Shown piece by piece: positions 1-9,485 of a stretch of DNA of 64,000 nucleotides. Made by a program: the position numbers and the translations under genes. The stretch is from an uncultured Alphaproteobacteria bacterium. GTDB taxonomy: Bacteria; Pseudomonadota; Alphaproteobacteria; Rhizobiales; Xanthobacteraceae. Each line of letters begins with the position of its first letter. The first letter of the stretch is position 1. Below the pieces are notes generated by a model, which had not been told where the DNA came from, ran no database searches, and saw only the letters and a program-made list of their open reading frames with translations. Location of the stretch: NCBI GenBank assembly GCA_963791925.1, contig CAWBUA010000003.1, positions 296,604 to 360,603 of the forward strand, in the 5' to 3' direction.

Positions 1-350
1 CCGGCGGCCACGCCGGCGAGGCCGCCCATCAAAAACACCAGCCCGACCGAGGCGACCGCAATGAAAAAATCGAGCCGCGTGGCGACGACGACGCGGCTGA
101 AGACATCGCGGCCGAGCTGGTCGGTGCCGAACCAGTGTTGCAGATTCGGCGGCTTCAACGCTTCGCTGGTATCGCTGGCGAGCGGATCATAGGGCACGAT
201 GTGCGGGCCGAACATTGCGGCAAGCACGATCAGGACGAACAGCGCAAACGCGAGACCGGTAACCGGATTTTCGCCGAGCACATAACGCGAATGGCGAATG
301 AGCGCGGTCAGGCCGCTTTCCGGCCGAGGCGCTGCGGCGATGTCGGTCAT
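1..350 (-). CDS. ABC transporter permease, DppC/OppC-like (N-terminal part; gene runs off the window start)
   Basis: Own translation of the minus strand from ATG at 350: MTDIAAAPRPESGLTALIRHSRYVLGENPVTGLAFALFVLIVLAAMFGPHIVPYDPLASD... This is a typical N-terminus of the second permease of peptide/nickel ABC importers. ATGA start/stop overlap with the upstream permease gene. Confidence 0.75.
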   Translation of the reverse strand, partial: MTDIAAAPRPESGLTALIRHSRYVLGENPVTGLAFALFVLIVLAAMFGPHIVPYDPLASDTSEALKPPNLQHWFGTDQLGRDVFSRVVVATRLDFFIAVASVGLVFLMGGLAGVAA

Positions 351-1360
351 GCTTCGAGCCTCACGCGCGGATCGATCAGCCCGTAGAGGATATCGATCAT
401 CAGATTGAGCATGACATACATCACTGCCATGGTCAGGACGAAGCCTTGCACCGGAGCGAAATCGGAAGCGAGCAGTGCCTCGACGGCGTAGGAGCCGATG
501 CCGGGCCAGGCGAACACTTTTTCCACCAGGACATTTGCGCCGAGGAGGAACGAGAACACCATGCCGAGTGTGGTGAGAACCGGCAGCATGGCGTTGCGGA
601 AGGCATAAGTGACGATCACCGTGTAGGCGGAGAGCCCGCTCGCCCGCGCCGTGCGCACGAAATCCGAGGACAGCACCGCGAGCATCGAGGCGCGCGTCAT
701 GCGGGTGATCGGCGCCAGCGAGAATATTCCGAGCGTCAGCGCCGGCAAAATGAGCTGCTTGAGGCTCGCGATGAATGTTCCGGGATCGCCCGCGATCAGG
801 CTGTCGATCAAATAGAAGCCGGTGACATGCGGCGGCTCGGTGTAGAACACGTCGAGGCGGCCGAGCGGCGCCGGCGCCCAGCCGAGCAGATAATAGAACA
901 CGTAAACCAGGATGAGCCCGGTGAAGAACACCGGCAGCGATACGCCGGCGGTCGAGATGATGCGGCAGGCTTGATCGATCAGCGAGTTCGGCTTGGTCGC
1001 GGCCAGAATGCCGAGCGGCACCGCGATGACGATCGAGACAATGAGCCCTAGCAGCGTCAGTTCCGCGGATGCCGGCAGCCGGTTGCGCAGCTCGGTGGCG
1101 ACTGGCTGGCCGGTGGTGAGCGAAGCGCCGAGATTGCCGTGGGCGAGATCGACAACGTAGCGGCCGAATTGCTCGATCAGCGGCTTATCGAGGCCGAGAT
1201 TGACCCGCACCTGTTGTATGGCCTGCGGCGTCGCAGCCGGACCGGCGAAATAGACGGCGGGATCGCCAGGGAGCGCGCGCGTCAGCAGAAAAGTGACGAT
1301 CACCACGCCGATCAGGCTTGGGACTGCCAGCGCCAGGCGTTTGACAATCATCGTCAACAT
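347..1360 (-). CDS. ABC transporter permease, DppB/OppB-like
   Basis: 337-aa ORF. N-terminus MIVKRLALAVPSLIGVVIVTFLLTRALPGDPA is the conserved start of peptide/nickel-family permease 1, and the protein has multiple hydrophobic helices. Confidence 0.9.
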   Translation of the reverse strand: MLTMIVKRLALAVPSLIGVVIVTFLLTRALPGDPAVYFAGPAATPQAIQQVRVNLGLDKPLIEQFGRYVVDLAHGNLGASLTTGQPVATELRNRLPASAELTLLGLIVSIVIAVPLGILAATKPNSLIDQACRIISTAGVSLPVFFTGLILVYVFYYLLGWAPAPLGRLDVFYTEPPHVTGFYLIDSLIAGDPGTFIASLKQLILPALTLGIFSLAPITRMTRASMLAVLSSDFVRTARASGLSAYTVIVTYAFRNAMLPVLTTLGMVFSFLLGANVLVEKVFAWPGIGSYAVEALLASDFAPVQGFVLTMAVMYVMLNLMIDILYGLIDPRVRLEA

Positions 1361-1376
1361 TTCGCGGCTTTCGCTA

Positions 1377-1431
1377 TGGGGTCGTCATGGTGGGGTCGTC
1401 ATGATGGGGTCGTCATGATGGGGCGTCATGG
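1377..1431. repeat. Intergenic tandem repeat, about 4 copies of a 14-nt unit TGGGGTCGTCATG(G/A)
   Basis: Units at 1377-1390, 1391-1404, 1405-1418 and 1419-1431 (the last lacks one T). Followed by a 9-bp-stem hairpin ATGGCCGGG/CCCGGCCAT at 1428-1450. Lies between the binding-protein and permease genes. Confidence 0.85.
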
Positions 1432-1536
1432 CCGGGTCTGCCCCGGCCATCCACGTCTTGATCGCCTCACGCTGGTCGAAGGCGTGGATGCCTGATGCCG
1501 TTGGAACGACCATGGCCGGGCATGACGGTATTGGGA

Positions 1537-3153
1537 TCATGCTTTTGCGAAGCTGCGGTAATCGAGCCGCCGGTGGAACCAGTATTGATAGCCGCTGATG
1601 TTCTTCTGCATCGCGACGTTGACATAGGGCTGGTAGAGCGGAATGCGGGGCATGTCGGTGAAGGCGAGATCGACGAAGCCTTTCACATCCTTGTTGTAGC
1701 TGTCCCAGTCGCCGGTGGCCGCCGCGGCGCGCGCGCCGTCGATGAACGTGTCCATCTGCGGCGACTGGTAGTCCATGGTGTTGAAGATCGATTTGCCGGA
1801 GTGGTAGCACCAGTAGAAGAAGTACTCGGGATAATCGAGCCAGCCCGAGAACACATTGGTGAACAGCGGCATGGTCTTTTTGGTGAGCTCGGTGCGCCAG
1901 TTCGCGCCGGGCACCTTGTCGATGGTGGTGGTGATGCCGATCTTTAGGAGGCTCTCCTGCACCAACTCGCAGATCGGCTGATTGACGCCGGCGAAACCGA
2001 GGTCGAATGAGATCGGCACGTTGATATTGCCGACGCCGGATTCGGCGAGGAGCTTTTTTGCCTTGTCGAGGTCGGTGCTGAATTTGTGCGGCTGCGGCCA
2101 GGCGACTTCGGTCGCTGCGTCCGCCGGCGCGCCGAACATCGGCTTGCCGAGCCCGTAGAGCACCACGTCCATGATTTTCTGATAGGGCAGGGCGTAGGCG
2201 ACCGCGTCGCGTACCTTGACGTCGTTGAACGGCGGATGCTGCACGTTCATGCCGATATATTGGATGCCGTTCGAGTAAGGCGTCGAAATGATCGTGAGCT
2301 TGCCGTCGTTTTTCAGCTCGTAAAAATCCTTGTTGGGAAGATCGTAGGAGACGTCGGCATCGCCGCGTTCGAGCAATGCGCGCCGGTTGCCGGCATCCGG
2401 CACGATGCGCCAGATCACGCGCTTGAGCTTCGGCAGCGGGCCGCCTTTCCATTTGTCGTTGCGCTCCAGCACCACCTGGGAGCCGGCGGTCCAGTTGGTC
2501 ACCTTATAGGCGCCCGAGCCGACGGTATTGAGCTTGGTATATTCGAGGCCCCATGGATCCTGCGGCGTGGCGTGCTTCTTCACCAGCTCCGAATTGATGA
2601 CGCAGGGCACGATGACCGCAAGGTCGGGGATGGTCAGCCGGTCCTTCTTGTTGAAATCGACGCGAAACGTGTGATCGTCGACGACGACGAACTGCTCCGG
2701 CTTGGTCAGCGAACCGGCGGCCATCTGGAACGTCGGGAAGCCGCCGACCGTCACCGCGCGGTCGAATGACCACTTGACGTCCTTGGCGGTGACCGGCGTG
2801 CCGTCCTGGAAATCCGCGTCTTTACGGAGCTTGAAGGTCGCCGACATGTCGCCGACGTTCATGTCTTCGGCAAGCTCGGGCTTGAACTTGGTCTTGTCGT
2901 AATACGGCGTGCCGTTCGGCAGCGTCTTCATTTCGTGGGTGATCAGGCGATCGTAGCAATTCCATGACACCTCGTAGCCGGGGACATTGGTGCCGACGCC
3001 GTGGATGTCGAGATTGTTCGGACCGCTTTCGGAGACGATGAGCAGCGTCTCCTGACGCGACTGCGCCTTGGCGGGAGACCAGACCGCCGGGGCGGGAACG
3101 GCTGCGGCCGCGGTCAAGGCGGTCATGGATTTGAGAAAATCGCGGCGCTTCAT
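1537..3153 (-). CDS. ABC transporter substrate-binding protein, family 5 (peptide/nickel type), Tat-like signal
   Basis: ORF 1537..3234. Preferred start is the ATG at 3153 (MKRRDFLKSMTALTAAAAVPAPAVWSPAKA), preceded by GGGAGG. Length and sequence are typical of SBP_bac_5 proteins. Confidence 0.9.
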   Translation of the reverse strand: MKRRDFLKSMTALTAAAAVPAPAVWSPAKAQSRQETLLIVSESGPNNLDIHGVGTNVPGYEVSWNCYDRLITHEMKTLPNGTPYYDKTKFKPELAEDMNVGDMSATFKLRKDADFQDGTPVTAKDVKWSFDRAVTVGGFPTFQMAAGSLTKPEQFVVVDDHTFRVDFNKKDRLTIPDLAVIVPCVINSELVKKHATPQDPWGLEYTKLNTVGSGAYKVTNWTAGSQVVLERNDKWKGGPLPKLKRVIWRIVPDAGNRRALLERGDADVSYDLPNKDFYELKNDGKLTIISTPYSNGIQYIGMNVQHPPFNDVKVRDAVAYALPYQKIMDVVLYGLGKPMFGAPADAATEVAWPQPHKFSTDLDKAKKLLAESGVGNINVPISFDLGFAGVNQPICELVQESLLKIGITTTIDKVPGANWRTELTKKTMPLFTNVFSGWLDYPEYFFYWCYHSGKSIFNTMDYQSPQMDTFIDGARAAAATGDWDSYNKDVKGFVDLAFTDMPRIPLYQPYVNVAMQKNISGYQYWFHRRLDYRSFAKA

Positions 3154-3408
3154 CAAGGCCTCCCAGAGCTGGCGCGTCGTTAGATCGCCGAGTCTCCGCA
3201 AGCGGCGTGCCAAGCGCCGCGCAGCACTTTGCACTGAAACAAAACGCGCATTTTAAAGGTCTTGACCGCGTCGTGTCGGCTCGGCAGCAACGCGGCTAGG
3301 CGACTTAAGCATTTGCCGCACATTTATTGTGCAGCTATCGCGACGCCGCATGTCGACGCCCTGGCCCTGATTTTGCACACTTATTGGCAGGCGAGGCAGG
3401 AGATCTGG

Positions 3409-4101
3409 GTGCTACGCGTACGGGTTGACGCCGAACCAGCTGCGGTAGTGGTCGAGCTCGCGGCCGCAGTACTGCTCATTATCGATATGCAGCGCGACTT
3501 TCTGGAGCCGGGCGGGTTCGGCGAAGCGCTCGGCAATGACGTTTCGCTTCTGCGCGCGGCCGTCGCGCCTTGCGCCGCGGTGCTTGCCGCGGCACGGCGC
3601 CTGAACCTGTTCGTCATTCACACCCGCGAAGGTCACCGGCCGGATCTGTCAGACGCCCCGCACCACAAGGTCGAGCGCGGCGATCCGTCGACACGCATCG
3701 GCGCCCGCGGTCCCATGGGCCGCATTCTCATTCGCGGCGAGCCCGGTCACGACATCATCCCGGAGCTTTATCCGCTCGAAAGCGAGCCCGTGATCGACAA
3801 GCCGGGAAAGGGGGCGTTCTACCAGACCGACCTTGAGCTGATGTTGCGCAATCGCGGCATCGATACGCTGTTCGTCGCCGGCGTCACGACGGAGGTCTGC
3901 GTCAATACGACGGTGCGCGAGGCCAACGATCGCGGGTTTCGCTGCGTCGTGCTCAGCGACTGCTGCGCCTCCTATTTCCCGGAATTCCACGATGCCGGGC
4001 TTGCCATGATCAAGGCTCAGGGCGGCATCTTCGGCTCGGTGACTGCATCGCCGCATCTGCTGCAGTCGCTGGCGGCCCTCGGCGGCCAGAAGATCGCCTA
4101 A
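3409..4101 (+). CDS. Isochorismatase-family cysteine hydrolase
   Basis: Motif LLIIDMQRDFLEPGG and later VTTEVCVNTTVREA (catalytic Cys context). Preferred GTG start at 3409 is 8 nt after AGGAG. The long ORF starts at 3262. Confidence 0.8.
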   Translation: MLRVRVDAEPAAVVVELAAAVLLIIDMQRDFLEPGGFGEALGNDVSLLRAAVAPCAAVLAAARRLNLFVIHTREGHRPDLSDAPHHKVERGDPSTRIGARGPMGRILIRGEPGHDIIPELYPLESEPVIDKPGKGAFYQTDLELMLRNRGIDTLFVAGVTTEVCVNTTVREANDRGFRCVVLSDCCASYFPEFHDAGLAMIKAQGGIFGSVTASPHLLQSLAALGGQKIA

Positions 4102-4401
4102 TTCGAACGAGATTTCCATGACTAGGCTGGGCGCGAGATGACGGCCGCGCCAGGGTGGCTATGCCGGCAGAATAAGCTCCCGGCGACCTCGGCATTTGCT
4201 GTCTGCCCATAAAGCAGGCGGCAACGTGCTGAAAAAAGCGGCCGACATCGGTGTCCGCTCTAGAACATGTCCCGATTTAATGGAATCGGGATACGCCCCA
4301 GCTGTTTGTTTTAGCATGTCCTTTTCGCAAAACCGGTCTCCACTTTTGCGGGACATGCTCTCATTGACCAAAGAGATCAGCGCTCTAACGCCGCAGAAAA
4401 C

Positions 4402-4417
4402 TGGCACATGCTTTGCG
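4402..4417 (+). promoter_or_regulatory. Sigma-54 (-24/-12) type promoter upstream of urtA
   Basis: TGGCAC-N5-TTGC (tggcacatgctttgcg) with canonical GG..GC spacing, 57 nt upstream of the urtA ATG. Palindromes lie at 4270-4291 and 4313-4359 upstream. Confidence 0.6.
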
Positions 4418-4473
4418 ATGGAGCCGGAGAGGGCGCCGTCCGTGCGCTCGCCCAAGCACAGCGAGGCTCATCC

Positions 4474-5787
4474 ATGTCCAGCAATTCGATCAAAACCTAT
4501 ACGCTTACGCGCCGCGGCTGGCTCGTCGGAGCCGGCGGAGTCACGCTTGGGTTATTGGGGGCGCTGCCGGCACTAGCCGAAGAAACCATCAAAGTCGGCA
4601 TTCTCCATTCGCTCTCCGGCACCATGGCGATCAGCGAAACGACGCTGAAAGACGTCATGCTGATGCTGATTGCCGAGCAGAACAAGAAGGGCGGCGTATT
4701 GGGCAAGAAGCTCGAAGCGGTCGTCGTCGATCCTGCGTCGAACTGGCCCTTGTTCGCCGAAAAAGCGCGCGAACTGATCAGCCAGGACAAAGTCGCCGCC
4801 GTGTTCGGCTGCTGGACTTCGGTGTCGCGCAAATCGGTGCTGCCGGTGTTCAAGGAGCTCGACAATATCCTGTTCTATCCCGTTCAATTCGAAGGCGAAG
4901 AAGGCGAGCGCAACGTGTTCTATACCGGCGCGGCGCCGAACCAGCAGGCGATCCCGGCGGTCGATTATCTCATGAGCGCGGATGGCGGCTCGGTGAAGCG
5001 CTGGGTGCTGGAAGGCACCGACTACGTCTATCCGCGCACCACCAACAAAATCCTCGAAGCCTATCTCAAGCAAAAAGGGGTAGCCGACGAGGACATCATG
5101 ATCAACTACACGCCGTTCGGTTTCTCCGATTGGCAGACCGAGGTGTCCAAGATCAAGGCATTCGGCTCGGCCGGCAAGAAGACGGCGGTGGTGTCCACCA
5201 TCAATGGCGACGCCAACGTGCCGTTCTACAAAGAGCTTGGCAATCAGGGCATCAAGGCGACCGATATTCCGGTCATGGCGTTCTCGGTCGGCGAAGAGGA
5301 ACTCGCCGGTCTCGACACCAAGCCACTGGTCGGACATCTCGCCGCCTGGAACTACTTCGAATCGATCAAGACGCCGGCGAATGCCGCCTTCATCAAGGAG
5401 TGGCACGCCTTCACCGGCAATCCGAAGCGCACAACAAACGACCCGATGGAGGCGCATTACATCGGCTTCAATATGTGGGTTAAGGCTGTGGAGAAGGCGA
5501 AGACCACCAATGCCGACAAGGTGATCGCCGCGCTGCCGGGCATCAAGCAACCGAATCTGACCGGCGGCGTCTCCGAAATGCTGCCCAACCACTACATCAC
5601 CAAGCCGGTGTTCATCGGCGAAATCCGCGCCGATGGGCAATTCGACGTGGTGTGGAAGACCAAATCCCTGGTGCCAGGGCAGGCGTGGTCGCCTTATCTG
5701 CCCGGCTCGAAAGACCTGGTCGCCGACTGGGTAAAGCTCAACTGCGGCAACTACAACACCGTCACCAAGACCTGCGGCGGCTCTTAG
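4474..5787 (+). CDS. urtA: Urea ABC transporter substrate-binding protein UrtA
   Basis: MSSNSIKTYTLTRRGWLVGAGGVTLGLLGALPALAEETIKVGILHSLSGTMAISE... is a typical UrtA (LivK-like) N-terminus. First gene of the urtABCDE order. Confidence 0.92.
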   Translation: MSSNSIKTYTLTRRGWLVGAGGVTLGLLGALPALAEETIKVGILHSLSGTMAISETTLKDVMLMLIAEQNKKGGVLGKKLEAVVVDPASNWPLFAEKARELISQDKVAAVFGCWTSVSRKSVLPVFKELDNILFYPVQFEGEEGERNVFYTGAAPNQQAIPAVDYLMSADGGSVKRWVLEGTDYVYPRTTNKILEAYLKQKGVADEDIMINYTPFGFSDWQTEVSKIKAFGSAGKKTAVVSTINGDANVPFYKELGNQGIKATDIPVMAFSVGEEELAGLDTKPLVGHLAAWNYFESIKTPANAAFIKEWHAFTGNPKRTTNDPMEAHYIGFNMWVKAVEKAKTTNADKVIAALPGIKQPNLTGGVSEMLPNHYITKPVFIGEIRADGQFDVVWKTKSLVPGQAWSPYLPGSKDLVADWVKLNCGNYNTVTKTCGGS

Positions 5788-5865
5788 CCGCGGCGCTGGT
5801 GCTTGGACGCTGATTTGCGGGAAGGCGGCGGTCGCCTTCCCGGCGCAACGCCGGGGAACATTGCG

Positions 5866-7488
5866 ATGGGTTTTGGCCGAGCTTGCCTCGTCGCGCTGGC
5901 TTTAGTCGTCGGCTTCGCCCTTACTGGCGCCTTCGGCGTAACCAAGGCGCATGCCGCAAGCCTTGACGAGGCAATCGCTCATTTCACGGCCGGCGATTTC
6001 GACGAAACGCTGGCCGGCGTCAAGGAATTGATCGCGATCGGCAGTCCACGCGCCAAGCCCATCATCGATGCGCTGCAGAACGGCTCGCTGATGTTCAGCG
6101 CCGAGAAGAAGACGGTCTACGTCCAGGATGACGCGGGTCATCTTTTCGATGCCGCCACCGGGGCCGCGGTGCCCGGGCCTGCTCCGGACGATCTCGACAA
6201 CGTCAATATCAACAATCGATTGCGCGGCGCCATCAACGCGGCGCTCGGCCAGCTCAATCTTCTTTCACCCGATCCGCAGAAGCGCTTTGCCGCGGCACAG
6301 GCGGTGTTCAAATCGCGCGATCTGGGCGCACTGCCGACGCTCGAAACCGCCATCGCCAAGGAGACCGACAGCCGCGCCAAACTGGCGCTGGAACAGGCGC
6401 GCGCCGCGCTGCTGTTGAACATTCCGACCACGTCCGATGCGGACAAGCTGAGCTCGATCGAGATCCTGCGCGCCCGCGGCGATCAGGATTCGCTGGCGCT
6501 TCTCACCGACATTCCCGCGCACGAAAAGCCCGCCATCGCCCAGGCCGCGAGGGCGGCGATCAGCTCCGTTCAGACCCGGCTCGCCGAATGGGATGCGGTG
6601 CAAAACGCCTGGTACGGCATCTCGCTCGGTTCGGTGCTGCTGCTCGCCGCAATCGGCCTCGCCATCACCTTCGGCGTGATGGGCGTCATCAACATGGCGC
6701 ATGGCGAGATGGTCATGCTCGGCGCCTATGTCACCTTTGTCGTACAGCAGGCGTTCCGCCAATATGATCCCGGTCTGTTCGACTACTCGCTGGCGATCGC
6801 AGTACCGCTGGCGTTCGTGTTCTCCGGCGGCGTCGGTATTCTCATCGAGCGTACCATCATCCGCTTCCTCTATGGCCGCCCGCTGGAGACGCTGCTGGCC
6901 ACCTGGGGTCTGTCGCTCGTCCTGCAGCAGGCCGTGCGCACGGCGTTCGGCCCGACCAACAAGGAAGTCGACAACCCGTCGTTCATGAGCGGCGCCTTCG
7001 ATCTCGGCGGCATTACCGTCACCTATAACCGGCTCTGGATCGTGTGCTTCGCGCTCGCCGTCTTTGTCGCGTTGATCGCGCTGTTGCGCTACACACGCCT
7101 TGGGCTCGAAATGCGCGCGGTCACGCAAAATCGCCCGATGGCGGCATCGATGGGCATTCGCACCAGCCGCATCGACGCGCTCACTTTCGGCCTTGGCTCC
7201 GGCATTGCGGGCATGGCGGGGGTAGCGTTGTCGCAGATCGACAATGTCAGCCCCAATCTCGGCCAGAGCTATATCATCGACAGCTTCATGGTCGTGGTGT
7301 TCGGCGGCGTCGGCAATCTTTGGGGCACTTTCGTCGGGTCCTTCGTGCTCGGTATCGCCAATAAATTTCTCGAGCCCTATGCCGGCGCCGTGCTTGGCAA
7401 GATCGCCATCCTCGTTCTGATCATCCTGTTCATCCAGAAGCGGCCGCGCGGGCTGTTCGCGCTGCGCGGCCGGGCGGTCGAAGCGTGA
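5866..7488 (+). CDS. urtB: Urea ABC transporter permease UrtB, with long N-terminal periplasmic/HEAT-like extension
   Basis: C-terminal about 300 aa is a LivH-like permease (GSVLLLAAIGLAITFGVMGVINMAHGE). Lies between urtA and urtC. ATG at 5866 follows the TTG-initiated ORF start at 5803. Confidence 0.9.
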   Translation: MGFGRACLVALALVVGFALTGAFGVTKAHAASLDEAIAHFTAGDFDETLAGVKELIAIGSPRAKPIIDALQNGSLMFSAEKKTVYVQDDAGHLFDAATGAAVPGPAPDDLDNVNINNRLRGAINAALGQLNLLSPDPQKRFAAAQAVFKSRDLGALPTLETAIAKETDSRAKLALEQARAALLLNIPTTSDADKLSSIEILRARGDQDSLALLTDIPAHEKPAIAQAARAAISSVQTRLAEWDAVQNAWYGISLGSVLLLAAIGLAITFGVMGVINMAHGEMVMLGAYVTFVVQQAFRQYDPGLFDYSLAIAVPLAFVFSGGVGILIERTIIRFLYGRPLETLLATWGLSLVLQQAVRTAFGPTNKEVDNPSFMSGAFDLGGITVTYNRLWIVCFALAVFVALIALLRYTRLGLEMRAVTQNRPMAASMGIRTSRIDALTFGLGSGIAGMAGVALSQIDNVSPNLGQSYIIDSFMVVVFGGVGNLWGTFVGSFVLGIANKFLEPYAGAVLGKIAILVLIILFIQKRPRGLFALRGRAVEA

Positions 7489-8658
7489 TGAACGCGAGCT
7501 CGCATATTCTTATCCGCTCGCTTGATCGTTGGGCCGTGATTTTCCTCGTTGTCGTTGCGGTGATCGCGGTCGGCGTCCCGATCCTCAATCTCTACGTGCC
7601 GCAGTCCTCGCCGTTTCATGTCTCGACCTATCTCGTCGCGTTGTTCGGCAAATACGCCTGTTACGCCATATTGGCGCTGTCGATCGATCTGATCTGGGGT
7701 TACTGCGGCATACTTTCGCTCGGTCACGGCGCGTTCTTCGCGCTCGGCGGCTACGCCATGGGCATGTATCTGATGCGCCAGATCGGCACCCGCGGCGTTT
7801 ATGCCAATCCGATCCTGCCGGATTTCATGGTGTTCCTGAACTGGAAGGAACTGCCTTACTCCTGGTACGGCTTCCAGCATTTCCCCTATGCCGCGCTGAT
7901 GATCGTGCTGGTGCCGGGCGCGCTCGCTTTCGTGTTCGGCTGGTTCGCCTTTCGCAGCCGCGTTTCCGGCGTTTATCTGTCGATCATCACGCAAGCGCTG
8001 ACTTATGCGCTGATGCTTGGCTTCTTCCGCAACAATTTCGGCTTCGGCGGCAACAATGGCTTGACCGATTTCAAGGATATTCTCGGCTTCGACGTGCGGG
8101 CGGAGACGACCCGCTCGGCATTGTTCTCGATCTCCTGCCTGACGCTGATGATCGGCTTTCTGGTCTGCCGCGCCATTGTGACGTCGAAATTCGGCAAGGT
8201 GCTGATCGCGATTCGCGACGCCGAGGCGCGCGCCCGGTTTCTCGGCTATCGGGTCGAGTCCTACAAGCTCTTTGTGTTTACGCTGTCGGCCTGTATGGCC
8301 GGCATTGCCGGCGCGCTCTATGTGCCGCAGGTCGGCATCATCAATCCCAGCGAATTCGCGCCCGGCAACTCGATCGAAGCGGTGATCTGGGTCGCGGTCG
8401 GCGGCCGCGGCACGCTTGCCGGCGCGGCACTCGGCGCCGTGCTGGTGAACTATGCCAAGACCTTTCTTCACCTCCGGCATGCTCGCGCCCTATTGGCTGT
8501 TCATGCTCGGCGGACTTTTCATCGGCGTTACCCTGCTGTTGCCGCGCGGCATAGTCGGCAGCTTGCACCATTGGAACGCGCTGCGCCGCGACCTCGCCTC
8601 GGCCGCGGTCGAGGACGGCGTCGCCGCGCCGCCTCCCGAGCCGATGCCGGCGGAATGA
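7485..8658 (+). pseudogene. urtC: Urea ABC transporter permease UrtC, interrupted by a +1 frameshift (or a 1-nt homopolymer sequencing error)
   Basis: Frame 1 (7485..) reads a LivM-like permease up to ...VLVNYAKTF, then becomes Arg/Ala junk. The natural C-terminus FFTSGMLAPYWLFMLGGLFIGVTLLLPRGIVG continues in the +1 frame (ORF 8452..8658). The switch point is the TTT run at 8463-8465. Confidence 0.8.
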
Positions 8659-8668
8659 GGATCGGCTG

Positions 8669-9463
8669 ATGGCGAAGATTCAAGACCGGTTGCGGGCGGC
8701 CGAAGAGAAGGCGATGGAAACCTTCGAGCGCACGCTGCTTTTCATCGAAGGCGTGACGGTGTCGTTCGACGGTTTCCGGGCGCTGAACAATCTGTCGCTT
8801 GCGATCGAGCCTGGTGAAATGCGCGCCATCATCGGTCCCAACGGTGCCGGCAAGACCACCATGATGGACGTGGTCACCGGCAAGACGCGCCCCGACACCG
8901 GCGCGGTGATCTTCGACAAGTTTCACGACCTCGCACGGCTCGACGAGACCGAGATTGCCGAACTTGGCATCGGCCGCAAATTCCAGAAGCCGACGGTGTT
9001 CGATAGCCACACCGTTTACGACAATCTGGAATTGGCGCTGAAAGCGGATCGCCGCGCCCGCGCGACACTGTGGTCGCGGGAAACCGCCGACGAGCGGCGC
9101 CGCATCGAAGAAATCCTGCACATCATTCGTCTGACGGCGGTACAGAACCGGCTCGCCGGCCGCCTGTCGCACGGTCAGAAGCAGTGGCTCGAGATCGGCA
9201 TGCTGCTGGCGCAGGATCCGAAACTGCTGCTGGTCGACGAACCGGTCGCCGGCATGACCGACGTCGAGACCCAGCAGACCGCGGAATTGCTCAAACAGAT
9301 CAATCGCGAGCATACCGTGGTCGTGGTCGAACACGACATGACTTTCGTGCGCGAGCTCGGCGTCAAGGTCACCTGTCTGCACGAGGGCTCGGTATTGGCC
9401 GAAGGCACGATCGACGAGGTCTCGGCGAACGAGCGCGTCGTCGAAGTCTATCTGGGACGCTGA
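8669..9463 (+). CDS. urtD: Urea ABC transporter ATP-binding protein UrtD
   Basis: Walker A GPNGAGKTT, signature LSHGQKQWLEIG, Walker B LLLVDEP. GAGGA lies 7 nt upstream of the ATG. Confidence 0.9.
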   Translation: MAKIQDRLRAAEEKAMETFERTLLFIEGVTVSFDGFRALNNLSLAIEPGEMRAIIGPNGAGKTTMMDVVTGKTRPDTGAVIFDKFHDLARLDETEIAELGIGRKFQKPTVFDSHTVYDNLELALKADRRARATLWSRETADERRRIEEILHIIRLTAVQNRLAGRLSHGQKQWLEIGMLLAQDPKLLLVDEPVAGMTDVETQQTAELLKQINREHTVVVVEHDMTFVRELGVKVTCLHEGSVLAEGTIDEVSANERVVEVYLGR

Positions 9464-9485
9464 TGCATGATCGCGGGGTAAGCTG

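Noticed and set aside
1385-2452. 355-aa minus-strand ORF, and similar alternative-frame or antisense ORFs across 1-17 kb and 53-64 kb (for example 4413..5483, 4573..5640, 6265..7128, 7377..8480, 8528..9505, 9369..10430, 19213..20340, 62029..63021, 63141..63998)
   Set aside because: All overlap genes with clear family identity in another frame or strand. They have Arg/Pro/Gly-rich composition without motifs. They are treated as high-GC shadow ORFs.
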